From Pelagomonas calceolata (lineage: Eukaryota): DNA of 64,000 nucleotides. The position numbers and the translations under genes were made by a program. This document shows, in pieces, positions 52,406 to 61,634 of this stretch. The DNA lies in contig CAKKNE010000005.1 of assembly GCA_918797485.1 (NCBI GenBank), positions 2,666,001 to 2,730,000 on the forward strand. The letters run 5' to 3'. The notes under the pieces are model-generated. The model was not told where the DNA came from. It saw only the letters and a list, made by a program, of their open reading frames with translations, and did not search any database. Position 1 is the stretch's first letter. Each line of letters opens with the position of its first letter.

Positions 52406-53515
52406 TCACGGGGCGTGGAAGGCTGCTCGCAACACTTCTAGGGCGTCCTCAATCCCAACTGTGAGCGGATGCGCGCCGCCAAGCACGCGCCGCGAGATCC
52501 GTTCCGTGTCCGTGAGCGTGGCCACGGCCTCGCGGAGATCGTCGAGCGTGGCGTCGACGTCCTTGTAGAGAGCTTGCGCGTAATTCCACCTCATCTTGAG
52601 AGTGAGTCTATGTCCTTCTCCGAGAACGCGCCGCGCCACAGGTATCGTTTTGGGCAGCAGAGACCTAGCTTCTTCGAAGCGTTGGAGACGAACAAGGGAC
52701 AACGCGTAGTTGTTGGCTGCTCGGAGGGTTTCTTGATTATCTCGTCCATCGAGCTTCAAACGCCCGAAGTATATGTCTCGTTCCATGCTTAGGGCCTTCT
52801 CAAGGTGTCCAAGCTCTGCATACGTAATCGCAAGGCAGCTCTTCGTTACGAGAATTCTCTCTTCTGATACGCCAACGCGCCGCAGCATAGACAACCCGGC
52901 CTCTCGCACGGACAACGCGTCCTCGTAGTGTTTTCCATCGAATAGACCGTTCCCAAGCAGCCCCATCGCCAATTTCCGAGCCTCATCCGTCTCCGGCCGC
53001 CCCACGTACGTTTTCCAACACGCCCAGGCGAGCGCGCACGCCACGACGCCGTGGTGCCTTTGCTTGCAGAGGCTACAGTCGGACCACCGCAACCACCTCT
53101 CATTCATCACCTTGTCACTCAAATTGTTTTCCTCGCCCTCCGCCACCAATATCTTCGCCTGCTCCGCCAAACACGACACATGAGCAAAACCGGCCGTCCC
53201 GCGGCACGCACACCCGCGCACGAGGCCCTCCTTCGTCTTCCAGTGGAGGGCCTGCGTGCAGATGTAACACGTCTGGCCCTTCGTGTCGGCCGCGCACGCC
53301 TCGACGGCCTCTGCGACGGCCTCCTTGTATTTTTTGTCTGCATTATACTGTTCCGCGTTGCCACCGCGGTGTATTTTCTTGCAGATCTGCTTGTGGCCGC
53401 GGCGCCAGTGGTCATGCTGGCAGGTTGAGTCACAATATCTCGTCCAACATCTAACGCATCGCGGCGCGGTGTGGGCCAGTGGGGCGGCGCAGGCGGCGCA
53501 ATTTGTGAGGATCAT
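52406..53515 (-). CDS. MYND + RING-CH + TPR protein
   Basis: MILTNCAACAAPL..CVRCWTRYCDSTCQHDHWRRGHKQIC; CYIC..EGLVRGCACRGTAGFAHVSCL; RRVLGGAHP-type TPRs. Confidence 0.88.
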   Translation of the reverse strand: MILTNCAACAAPLAHTAPRCVRCWTRYCDSTCQHDHWRRGHKQICKKIHRGGNAEQYNADKKYKEAVAEAVEACAADTKGQTCYICTQALHWKTKEGLVRGCACRGTAGFAHVSCLAEQAKILVAEGEENNLSDKVMNERWLRWSDCSLCKQRHHGVVACALAWACWKTYVGRPETDEARKLAMGLLGNGLFDGKHYEDALSVREAGLSMLRRVGVSEERILVTKSCLAITYAELGHLEKALSMERDIYFGRLKLDGRDNQETLRAANNYALSLVRLQRFEEARSLLPKTIPVARRVLGEGHRLTLKMRWNYAQALYKDVDATLDDLREAVATLTDTERISRRVLGGAHPLTVGIEDALEVLRAAFHAP

Positions 53516-53519
53516 TTTG

Positions 53520-54079
53520 CGTTGGAGGGGCGTCTGTGGAGCGTTCCCGTCGCGCGGAGATTTTATATCGAGCGCGCCGCCGACGCGGTCACCATCGCCT
53601 CCGCGAAGGACCTCAACGGCATGGTGGCCGTCGCCGAGACGACGCTGCGCTACTGGTACGACCCCGTGTGCCACCTCCTCGCGCAGAAGGCGGCCAACAA
53701 CGTCTCGTCGCTCGTCCTGCGCGCGATCCCGTGGTCGCCGGCCGTGCACTCGCTCTTCCCGCGGGGCCCGCGCGCGATCGTCAGGACGGTCCTGCTCGCG
53801 ACGGCGCGCGGCGCCGTCGCCGTCCCCTTCGACGTCGTCGTGTCAAAGATCCTGCCGTTCGCAATCACGCTCCAGCGCGGCGCGTCCTCCCGGTCCTACT
53901 CGGCCTTCCGGCCGAACGACGTCGGGTCCGACGACGAGGAGGATCCGGACGACGACGACGGGAGTATTGCGGAGCTCACCGCGGTCCTCAGCGCGGCGGC
54001 GGTCGGCGGCTCGGACGACGACCTCGACGACGGGAGCCTCTCGAGCGCCGCCGACGACGTCGCTGCGGCGACGGCCTAG
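53520..54079 (+). pseudogene. Coding-like 3' gene fragment (or short gene starting at ATG 53621)
   Basis: Strong GC3 bias; WSPAVHSLFP..VRTVLL..KILPF motif and acidic tail. The frame runs back into the MYND gene start with no upstream ATG. Confidence 0.5.
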
Positions 54080-54122
54080 CACTCCAAGACCCAAGACCCA
54101 AGAAGAAGACCTAAGCTCAAGA

Positions 54123-55193
54123 TTAATTATCCCAGGGGTGGCCCGGCGCGAGCGGTATCCAGACCTCGTTGCGCCGGTCCCCGACGCTGAAGATCGCGTC
54201 GTACTGCGCGACGACGTAGTTGGTCTCGTGGCCGGGGGCGCCCGAGAGGCCGTCCGCCGCGAGCTTTTTTTCCAATTCGCGTGCCCAGTACTGCACCGCG
54301 TCCTCCGTCGCGGCCTGGGGGAAGACGAGGCACGCGACCGTCAGCTCGCGCGCGCGCCGCGTCTTGACGACGCGGCTCCCGGGCAGGTCGTCTTCCGCCA
54401 GGCTCACGGGCCAGGTCATCGTCTTCGCGCCGCCGCCGGACCGCGGCACCGTGATGATCGACGGCAGGAAGGGCGTCATCTTCGCGTCGTTTTCGTTAAA
54501 CCCACCGGTATACGACCCGAGCATGTCGTAGCCCTCGGGCCGCACGTCGTAGGCCACCTCGGCCACCGACACGGCGGGGTACCTTCTCACAGAATAGTCC
54601 GCTCTTCTCAAGAGCTCGTAGGGCAGCTCGCCATCGGACGTTTTGTCGCCCCCGAAGAGCTGATTTGCGAAGTCCTGGACGGCGTCGGGTTTCGACGAGC
54701 GGCTGTAGGACCCCTGTTTCAGATCAATAGAGTCCCAGTAGTCCGTCTGGCCCTTAATTTTATTCTCCGCATCGAGGTCATATACCGAAATGCCTGTAAA
54801 CCTAGCGGTAGGGGCCCACGGCAGCGCGGAGAAGCACACGCGCAGCGTCCATCTCGTTTGTAATCGGCCGTCGTCCAACTCGCGGACGTCGTGCAGGTTG
54901 ATCGCCGCGTCGCTAAATAAAAGACCTCCAAACAACGTGCGGCCCGCGAGCATGTCCACGTTGTTCCGGTAGGCCTTGAGGCCGCTCAGGCTGTTCAGGG
55001 GGTCGTCGAAGGTCACGCTGGACGAGTAGTACTCGTCCTCTAGAGGCGCGAAGAAGCTCCGGTACTCGCGGCCGAGGCACTTCATGACGTCGGCCTTCGA
55101 GACGGCGGCGCGCAGGGCTGATCGTGGCCTTTGTTGCGTTGGTGGGGCCACGAGGGCGTTGACGCCGGCTGCGAGCAGCAGGACTCGAGCCAT
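54123..55193 (-). CDS. SnoaL-like (DUF2358) + SOUL heme-binding protein, plastid-targeted
   Basis: Signal-like MARVLLLAAGVNALVAP; FDDPLNSLSG, TRWTL, TGISVY, DYWDS; YSVRRYP and RRNEVWIPL. Confidence 0.8.
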   Translation of the reverse strand: MARVLLLAAGVNALVAPPTQQRPRSALRAAVSKADVMKCLGREYRSFFAPLEDEYYSSSVTFDDPLNSLSGLKAYRNNVDMLAGRTLFGGLLFSDAAINLHDVRELDDGRLQTRWTLRVCFSALPWAPTARFTGISVYDLDAENKIKGQTDYWDSIDLKQGSYSRSSKPDAVQDFANQLFGGDKTSDGELPYELLRRADYSVRRYPAVSVAEVAYDVRPEGYDMLGSYTGGFNENDAKMTPFLPSIITVPRSGGGAKTMTWPVSLAEDDLPGSRVVKTRRARELTVACLVFPQAATEDAVQYWARELEKKLAADGLSGAPGHETNYVVAQYDAIFSVGDRRNEVWIPLAPGHPWDN

Positions 55194-55359
55194 GGTGATG
55201 CTGACAGCGTTTTGCTTGCGGTGGGTTGCCGGGCTCGCTGGCAATAGCGGTGCTCTCCAGCTGTTCTACGAGTGAAGAACTACTCCAAAGGCTGCGAACA
55301 ACGTCGCAAAGCCACGTCTAACACGTCTACGGCTCTCAGCTGATGATCATGCGCTGCTT

Positions 55360-55382
55360 GCTAGTGTCTTACGACCGCTAGC
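55360..55382 (+). promoter_or_regulatory. Paired-CTAG upstream element
   Basis: GCTAGTGTCTTACGACCGCTAGC, ~150 bp before ATG 55534. Confidence 0.7.
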
Positions 55383-55533
55383 TTTGGGTGGCTAAACGGG
55401 GTGAAATCGCGTCTAGGAACCAGCGCGCTTTTAGTTTCACAAAAATTGACGCCTCCGTAACAGGCGCGACGAATTGGACGATCGCGAATCGCCTCAAGCT
55501 TGAGTTTCAGCCTCAGGCAGATTCCTGGCAAGG

Positions 55534-57096
55534 ATGAAGTTCTTAGCCTTGGCCCTCCTGGGGACGGCGAGCGGCACCCTCGGTCCGCATCTCCTCGGCG
55601 GCGCGGCGGAGTACCATCGCGGCCTCGCGGAAGCGGACGTGAAGCTCCAGGACCTCGTCGCGCCGTTCGCCGGCCGCCCGACGATCGCCGTGCGCGTCCA
55701 CCACGACAACGACGACAAGACCCATGAAGGAGTCGCGGAAGCCGTCGTCGCGGCGCTCCGCCAGGAAGGGTTGCCGCCGGATCCGGCCGAGGCCGCGGCC
55801 CTCGTCGATTCGACGGTGCCCCTCTCGATCACGCTGCAGTTCGAGCACCTGGACGCGGAGGCCTGGCCCGCCGCCATTTCTGAGCTCGTCGCTCCGTTTG
55901 GGGAGACGAGTACGCGCGCCGAAGTCGACGGCGGATTGCTCGTCCACCTGTACATCTCGTCCCCGGGCGCCGCCGCGCTGCCGTCGCACGAAGACGTCGG
56001 CGACGTCCTCGTCCTCCAGCTAATCGGAGAGAAGGTGTGGACGGTCGGAGGTGACACGTTCGCGCTCGGGCCCGGCGACGCCCTCTCGGTCCCGTCCGGC
56101 GTGACGCACGCGGCCCGCGCGACGGCTGCCGGATCGGTCCACCTCACGATCCATCGCATCAGCCCCGAGCAGATCGAGCGCCGGCGGCTCGCGTCGGGCG
56201 ACGACTGCTACCCGGGCACGGACGCCTACTGCTCGTGCTCCTGCGACCAGTGCGAGTACTGCAACGACGCGGCCACCGTCTGCCGGGACGACGTGCCCCC
56301 CTTCTACAGCAAGAACATCTGCTGCCTCAATGGGGGCTACGTCTTCGAGACCGCGAGGCCCGGCGAGTGCGAGGATCTCTCCGGCGGCGGCGACGACGAC
56401 AAGCCTGACGACGCCGTGCTCTGCCCCGGGGTGAAACCGGGGACGAACCAGTTCTGCGACTGTAGCTTAGACTGTCGCGAATACCGCGACAAGTACTGCT
56501 TCTGCGCGGAAGCGCGCGCCGAGTCCTGCTGCGGCATCTCGCCCGCCTGTGTCGACGCGCCGGAGGACAAATGGACCTATGACGGCGGTTGGAAGGGCCA
56601 GCTCGGCTGCGCGCACATCAGAAACAGCGAGGACAAGAAGGTCCGCGACAAGCGATGTGCCCGCGTCGGGAAGAACGGCGCCACGGGCGCGGAGGCTTGC
56701 CCGAAGGCTTGCGGCCTTTGCAAGGGGGACATCGTCTGCGCTGATGACGCGGACTTCCGCTACTATGCGGGAGACAAGGACTACGTCGGCTGCCCGCACG
56801 TCGCGGGGGGCACGGACAAGGAGAAGGAGAAGCGTTGCGAGCGCGAGAGCGACAACGGCGTCAAGGCGAAGGACGCGTGTCCTGTTGCCTGCGGCACCTG
56901 CGAACAGTGGATCGATAGGCGCATGAACCTCTTCGCCGTCGAGGACGTCGACCCGGGCCCGGCCACCTCCTTCGCCAAGCTCCTCGGAGTCCTCGCACTC
57001 ACCGCGGGGGTTCTACTCACTGCTTTCGCGGCAAAGAAGTACCCCCTCGCGGAACCGGCGGGGGCCGCGGCCCCGCTGCTGAAGAACGGCGTCTAG
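55534..57096 (+). CDS. Secretory type-I membrane protein: cupin_4/JmjC (ROX-like) domain + Cys-rich and ShK-like repeats
   Basis: Signal peptide; HLYISSPGAAALPSHEDVGDVLVLQLIGEKVW, LGPGDALSVPSGVTHAA; CPKACGLC and CPVACGTC; C-terminal TM. Confidence 0.8.
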   Translation: MKFLALALLGTASGTLGPHLLGGAAEYHRGLAEADVKLQDLVAPFAGRPTIAVRVHHDNDDKTHEGVAEAVVAALRQEGLPPDPAEAAALVDSTVPLSITLQFEHLDAEAWPAAISELVAPFGETSTRAEVDGGLLVHLYISSPGAAALPSHEDVGDVLVLQLIGEKVWTVGGDTFALGPGDALSVPSGVTHAARATAAGSVHLTIHRISPEQIERRRLASGDDCYPGTDAYCSCSCDQCEYCNDAATVCRDDVPPFYSKNICCLNGGYVFETARPGECEDLSGGGDDDKPDDAVLCPGVKPGTNQFCDCSLDCREYRDKYCFCAEARAESCCGISPACVDAPEDKWTYDGGWKGQLGCAHIRNSEDKKVRDKRCARVGKNGATGAEACPKACGLCKGDIVCADDADFRYYAGDKDYVGCPHVAGGTDKEKEKRCERESDNGVKAKDACPVACGTCEQWIDRRMNLFAVEDVDPGPATSFAKLLGVLALTAGVLLTAFAAKKYPLAEPAGAAAPLLKNGV

Positions 57097-57253
57097 AGGA
57101 GGCAACGATCCCCGACGGCTATATGCCCGTAGTCCGTAGCATAAGCATTCCCCACAAAAATAGAGGAGGAGGACTAGGAGCCACCAATAGTAAATACGCG
57201 TTGAATTAGACACGTGAGAAGTAACAGGAAGAAAAGGGGACACACAGAAAGAG

Positions 57254-58369
57254 TCATGCGGGGTCTTTGGTCTCGCCGCCGTCCTCGGAAGCCGGCACGT
57301 GTGCAAACTTCCGCCGCAGCAGGACCGCCCCGCCGACGAGCACGAGTAGCCCGCCGAGGAACCCGAGCTGGATGAAAAAAGCCAGCTCCCACGGCCGCCA
57401 CTCGGCGACGTCGCGTTTTTCGGGAGGCGTCTGGCCCGCAGCCAATAAAGTCGGGCCCGTTGATAGGGGCGCAATCGTGGAAGCGACCATGAGCGCATTA
57501 AACCGGCGGCCCGCCGGCGAGAAGTGGACGCCGTCGTCTTGGACGTGGGGACAATCACAACTGTCGGGGTAGCACGTCGACTCAGGATCGTTGTGGCACA
57601 CGTCGACGATGTGCTGATACAAGTCGTTGATAATAACGTCCGTATACTTCCCCGTGGGCCCGAATAGTGTCTTTGCGACGTCGTTGATAGCTATGACGTC
57701 CTTGTTGTCTCTGCCTCTCGTGTAGGAGGGCGGTACGGGCGTGGTGGTCTGGAAAACCACCGTAGCGGCTGGTGCGGCCCGCTTGAAAGTCAGATAGAGC
57801 TTCTCCATATTCGCATAATATTGGGAGTGAGATATGTGCGTCCTATATATATGCGGGTCGATGTCGTGCAAACCCCAATTAAAATGGATCACCGACAGGT
57901 TCGCATTCAGTTCATTCAGGTAGCCGTCGACGCACTGTAGTACACCATGACTCGTGCCGCACCAGCCGTCGCCGCTCCCGAAGCGCCCCAAAATCACGCC
58001 CGCGATCGATGATAATCCACCGGTATGCCCCGCGTCGTAGCACGACGCCGCCGGCGCGCGGCCGTCCAGAATGCCGGCCACGTCCGGAAAATAGCCCGCC
58101 GTGATCGAGTCGCCCACGAGTAGTACGGTCCCGTTGTCCGTGCGGAAGGGTGCCTTACAGGTGTGCGAGCAGTCCTGCTCGTCGGCGCCCGTGCGCGCGA
58201 TCGCGAGCGCCGCGGCGTAGGACCCTACACAAATGCCGCAGCAGAGCCAGGTCAGGCCCAACCGTTTAAAGAGCTTCCACGTCGCCGCCCGGGCCACGTT
58301 GTAGCGGCCCGAGTGGAGGTCGGCGTTTGTCGGGGTGGCGGCGGCGGCGCGCCCGCAGCATTGCTCCAT
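57254..58369 (-). CDS. SGNH/GDSL hydrolase, membrane-anchored
   Basis: LLVGDSIT, IHFNWGLHD, DDGVHF; TM segments at both ends; ATG at 58369. Confidence 0.85.
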   Translation of the reverse strand: MEQCCGRAAAATPTNADLHSGRYNVARAATWKLFKRLGLTWLCCGICVGSYAAALAIARTGADEQDCSHTCKAPFRTDNGTVLLVGDSITAGYFPDVAGILDGRAPAASCYDAGHTGGLSSIAGVILGRFGSGDGWCGTSHGVLQCVDGYLNELNANLSVIHFNWGLHDIDPHIYRTHISHSQYYANMEKLYLTFKRAAPAATVVFQTTTPVPPSYTRGRDNKDVIAINDVAKTLFGPTGKYTDVIINDLYQHIVDVCHNDPESTCYPDSCDCPHVQDDGVHFSPAGRRFNALMVASTIAPLSTGPTLLAAGQTPPEKRDVAEWRPWELAFFIQLGFLGGLLVLVGGAVLLRRKFAHVPASEDGGETKDPA

Positions 58370-58573
58370 GTTTCGCTGCCTTGACCTCGCGTACTGCGCG
58401 CAGCCGACGAGCTTGTCACGTGACCCCCTGAGGAGTACGAGTTGTAGGACGGTGCTCACCGGCGCGCCGGGGCTCGGGGCAGCGCTTGCGAGGCAAAATA
58501 TGGACCCGGCTCGTCGTCGTCGCCGGGCTAGCCACCGCTGGGCGTGCCGGCGCGACCTGCAAAAATTGGAAAA

Positions 58574-58597
58574 GCTAGCGGCCAGTAAGATACTAGC
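58574..58597 (-). promoter_or_regulatory. Paired-CTAG upstream element
   Basis: Minus strand GCTAGTATCTTACTGGCCGCTAGC, ~205 bp before ATG 58369(-). Confidence 0.65.
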
Positions 58598-58641
58598 GCC
58601 CGCGTGGACGAAGGGAAGTCTAAGAAAGCACAACAAAATCC

Positions 58642-60060
58642 TTACACACACAAAGCAAAGCGCTCGTCCCCGCCCACATACGCGTAGCGCCCGCCGGTCG
58701 GCCGGACGACGGGCGCGCCCCGGTACCAGAAGGTCCAGGAGCCGTTGCGGCCGCGCTCGCGCGGCGCCGCCGGCGTCGACGCTTTGAACGAATCGAAGTC
58801 GAAGGGGACGAGGGCCCGCTGGGCCGCGTCAAGATTTGTGGCCGCCGCGGCGCGCCGCTGCGCCCGTGCGCCCTCGTCGGCCGCGAGGACCGGGCTGACG
58901 CCCAGCGCGCGTTCCGCGACGGCCCGCTTCCGTGTTGTGACCCTGCAAGGCAAACCTAGCGCGTGGAACGCGTCACAGGCGCGCAAGAGGGCCGCGAGCG
59001 CGCCGCGGCCCCGCGCCGCCTCGAGCAGCACGAGCCGCGACACCGTCGCGCAGTCGAAGATCCGCGCGTCGCCCGCCCACGGCCAGCCGCCGTCACACGC
59101 ACATGGACCGCCGAACGACGTCGCCCCGATGGACACGAAGCCGAGCGGCACGCCGTCGATCAGCAGCTCGAAGCAGGCCTCGTTCCGGTCCGGCGGCGTC
59201 GCGACGTAGTGTTTGGTAGCGTAGCCGCCGTCGACGAAGCGCGCGGCCGTCGACGGTTGTAACCGTGCTGACGCGCCGTCGGCGAGGGGCGTTGGCGGTA
59301 GTTCTGTGACACGCCGGTCGACGCGCCGCTTCAGCGCGGCGAGCTCGTCCGCGACGGTCCGCAGCAGCGGCGCGTCGAGATCCACGGCGCCCGCGGAGAC
59401 GGATTTCGCGTGGGCGAGGGCGAGGCCCTCCGTTATCTCCGCGCCGCGCGTCGCGCAGACGCCCCGTAGCGCGTCGCGCCATTTGGTGGAATCCTCGCCC
59501 AGGACCTTGGCGGCGATGCCGAAGGCGTGTGGGTCCGGAGCGTACGCCATCTTGCCTCGCCCGTGCTGCTTCGCCGCCGCGGCGGGCGCGACGCTTGCCA
59601 CGACCACGCGTTCCACCGGCGCCGCGCAGAAGAGCCGCGCCGCTCGCACGGCGGCGAGGCCCTCGAGCGCGTCGACGGCGACGACCGCCGCGCCGGGCGC
59701 GAGCAGGCCGCGCAGCGCGCGGCGCGCCGTCGAGCCCGCGCCGTCGCGGCGGGCGACGAGCTTCGCCGAGAACCCGTCGAGGTGTCCGGGCGCCTCGATC
59801 GAGCCGCGGCCGGCGCCGCCGAAGTAGCGGTCGTCCAGGAGCGCGACTACAGTATCCGCGGCGCAGCGGTGGGCGAGGCACGCCGCGAAGCAGCCGTCGC
59901 CGGCGCGGAGGACCACGATGCTGTGCCGCGGCTTGTCCAAGTCCAGCGCTGCGGCGACTCGCGCCCAGCGTTCAGCATCGTAGTCCTGGGGCCATCTCTC
60001 CTCGCCGACGTAGGCGCGCACGGCTGCTACGGAGGCCTGCCAGGCGTCTAGGGCTGCCAT
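58642..60060 (-). CDS. Hypothetical protein with C-terminal GNAT-like domain
   Basis: 472-aa ORF; KHY..ACF..PLGFVS..VSRLVLLEAARGRGA resembles the acetyl-CoA binding motif A. Confidence 0.55.
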   Translation of the reverse strand: MAALDAWQASVAAVRAYVGEERWPQDYDAERWARVAAALDLDKPRHSIVVLRAGDGCFAACLAHRCAADTVVALLDDRYFGGAGRGSIEAPGHLDGFSAKLVARRDGAGSTARRALRGLLAPGAAVVAVDALEGLAAVRAARLFCAAPVERVVVASVAPAAAAKQHGRGKMAYAPDPHAFGIAAKVLGEDSTKWRDALRGVCATRGAEITEGLALAHAKSVSAGAVDLDAPLLRTVADELAALKRRVDRRVTELPPTPLADGASARLQPSTAARFVDGGYATKHYVATPPDRNEACFELLIDGVPLGFVSIGATSFGGPCACDGGWPWAGDARIFDCATVSRLVLLEAARGRGALAALLRACDAFHALGLPCRVTTRKRAVAERALGVSPVLAADEGARAQRRAAAATNLDAAQRALVPFDFDSFKASTPAAPRERGRNGSWTFWYRGAPVVRPTGGRYAYVGGDERFALCV

Positions 60061-60142
60061 TATCGAAGCATGCTGCAGTCTATTGCCTGGGCTTCGATCC
60101 GTTCGATCGAATTTGCGGCTTTTTTTTCAAGGCAGCCTGAAA

Positions 60143-60165
60143 GCTAGCGGCTGTAAGACACTAGC
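60143..60165 (-). promoter_or_regulatory. Paired-CTAG upstream element
   Basis: Minus strand GCTAGTGTCTTACAGCCGCTAGC, ~85 bp before ATG 60060(-). Confidence 0.7.
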
Positions 60166-60347
60166 AAGCCGGGACCTCAAAGCCAAAAAGCATCGATTTT
60201 AACATCGCTGACAGTGCGCGAGGTGATTAAGTGGGCCTCCAGTGTCCGCCTCGCAGGGCTGCTGGGACACGCAAGGCCGCACGTACACAACAGCCAAAAC
60301 CACAGAGGTGCCTGACGCCGCCGCCGTGCGCTGCAGCTTGACAAGCG

Positions 60348-61604
60348 ATGTTCAAAAAGCGCAGCGCCCGAGCCGGCGGCGCGCGCAAGACGACGCCCAA
60401 AGTCCAAGCTAGCAACGCGACGAGTGCCCCCTCGCTCCTCTCGTTCGGCGCCGACGACGACGAGGGCCCGACCTTCGAGGTGAAAAAGCGCAAGCTCAAA
60501 CAAAAAAAGAAAAGGAAGGAGGACCCAGCGCCCGCGCCCGCGCCGCAACCCTCGGCAGACTACAGCGCGGCGGGCCTCGCGGCGCTCCGCGGCGCGCAGA
60601 CGGCCCTGCCCGCGGAGCTCCTCGCGGAGTCGTCAAAGCGCGCGGCGGAAGAGGCCGCCCAGCATGAAGCAGCGGAGGAGCCCGCCGAGGACACCGCCGC
60701 GCGCGCGCGCAAGGCGCGCGTCGCGCGGGCCTCGTCGCGCGCGGCGACGGAGGAGCTCGACCGCACCGTTAATGTAGAGGACTTCGACGCGCGAAATCTT
60801 TCGGATGACGACGCGTCCGACGATGGGTTGGGCGGCCGCGCTACTGCTCAAGATTTCGTGCCCGTGCCGGGCCGGGCGAACCATAGCATCGCGGCGCGGC
60901 TCCAGGACGAAGAGCGGCGGCGCTGGCTCCAGGCCGGCGCCGACGCGGGAGATGTGGATGCGCCGGCGGCGCCGGGCGGGGCCATGGACGCGGCGCTGCG
61001 GAAGGCGGGGGGTTTACACGAGGACGACGATGAATTGGAAGCGCACGAGGCCGAGGTCGCGCGGCGCGGCGCGTCCACCAAGGCCGTCGCGGGGGCGGTT
61101 CTTCCAGAAGCGGCGCCGCGGCGGCGGCCGACGACGTATCAAGACGTCTACGCGACGGTGGCGACGCGCGCCGACGAGCTCGAGATTGGTGAAGGCGAGT
61201 GGGAGCCGCGGCGGAGACTGAAAGAGGCCTGCGACCACGCGAGGGCCGAGGCCGCGCAGGCGGAACGCCAGGTCGAGGCGCGGCGCGCGGCCCTGCAGGC
61301 CTGGGAGGGCAGCGTATCAGCGGCGGCGGCCGACGAGGCGGCCGCTTCTAAAGCCATCGCCGACCTCGACAAAGCCAAACGCGTCGTCGAGGAGGCCGAG
61401 GCCGCCTGCGGCGCGGCGCCCGACGACATGGGCCTGGCGCGGTTACGGGCCGCGTTGGCCGAGGCGGCGTCCGTCGTCGCGACGGCGGCGTCTGATGATG
61501 GCGCGGCGCCGCCCGACTTTTTTGCGGTGTACGCGAGCGATGCTCCTCCTCCAGCTCCTGAAGTTGCAGCGCCTCCGCGGGCTGCGGCGACGGACTTCTT
61601 CTAG
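60348..61604 (+). CDS. Hypothetical nuclear protein, N-terminus resembling Ntr2/PAXBP1
   Basis: MFKKR, SLLSFGADDDEGPTFEVKK, DYSAAGLAALR; basic NLS-like run; coiled coil. Confidence 0.5.
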   Translation: MFKKRSARAGGARKTTPKVQASNATSAPSLLSFGADDDEGPTFEVKKRKLKQKKKRKEDPAPAPAPQPSADYSAAGLAALRGAQTALPAELLAESSKRAAEEAAQHEAAEEPAEDTAARARKARVARASSRAATEELDRTVNVEDFDARNLSDDDASDDGLGGRATAQDFVPVPGRANHSIAARLQDEERRRWLQAGADAGDVDAPAAPGGAMDAALRKAGGLHEDDDELEAHEAEVARRGASTKAVAGAVLPEAAPRRRPTTYQDVYATVATRADELEIGEGEWEPRRRLKEACDHARAEAAQAERQVEARRAALQAWEGSVSAAAADEAAASKAIADLDKAKRVVEEAEAACGAAPDDMGLARLRAALAEAASVVATAASDDGAAPPDFFAVYASDAPPPAPEVAAPPRAAATDFF

Positions 61605-61634
61605 CGTAATTGTTGTTGGATTCTTCTTAGGCGC

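Noticed and set aside
53283..54863. 526-aa + strand ORF
   Set aside because: Spans three other loci in shadow frames; low complexity.
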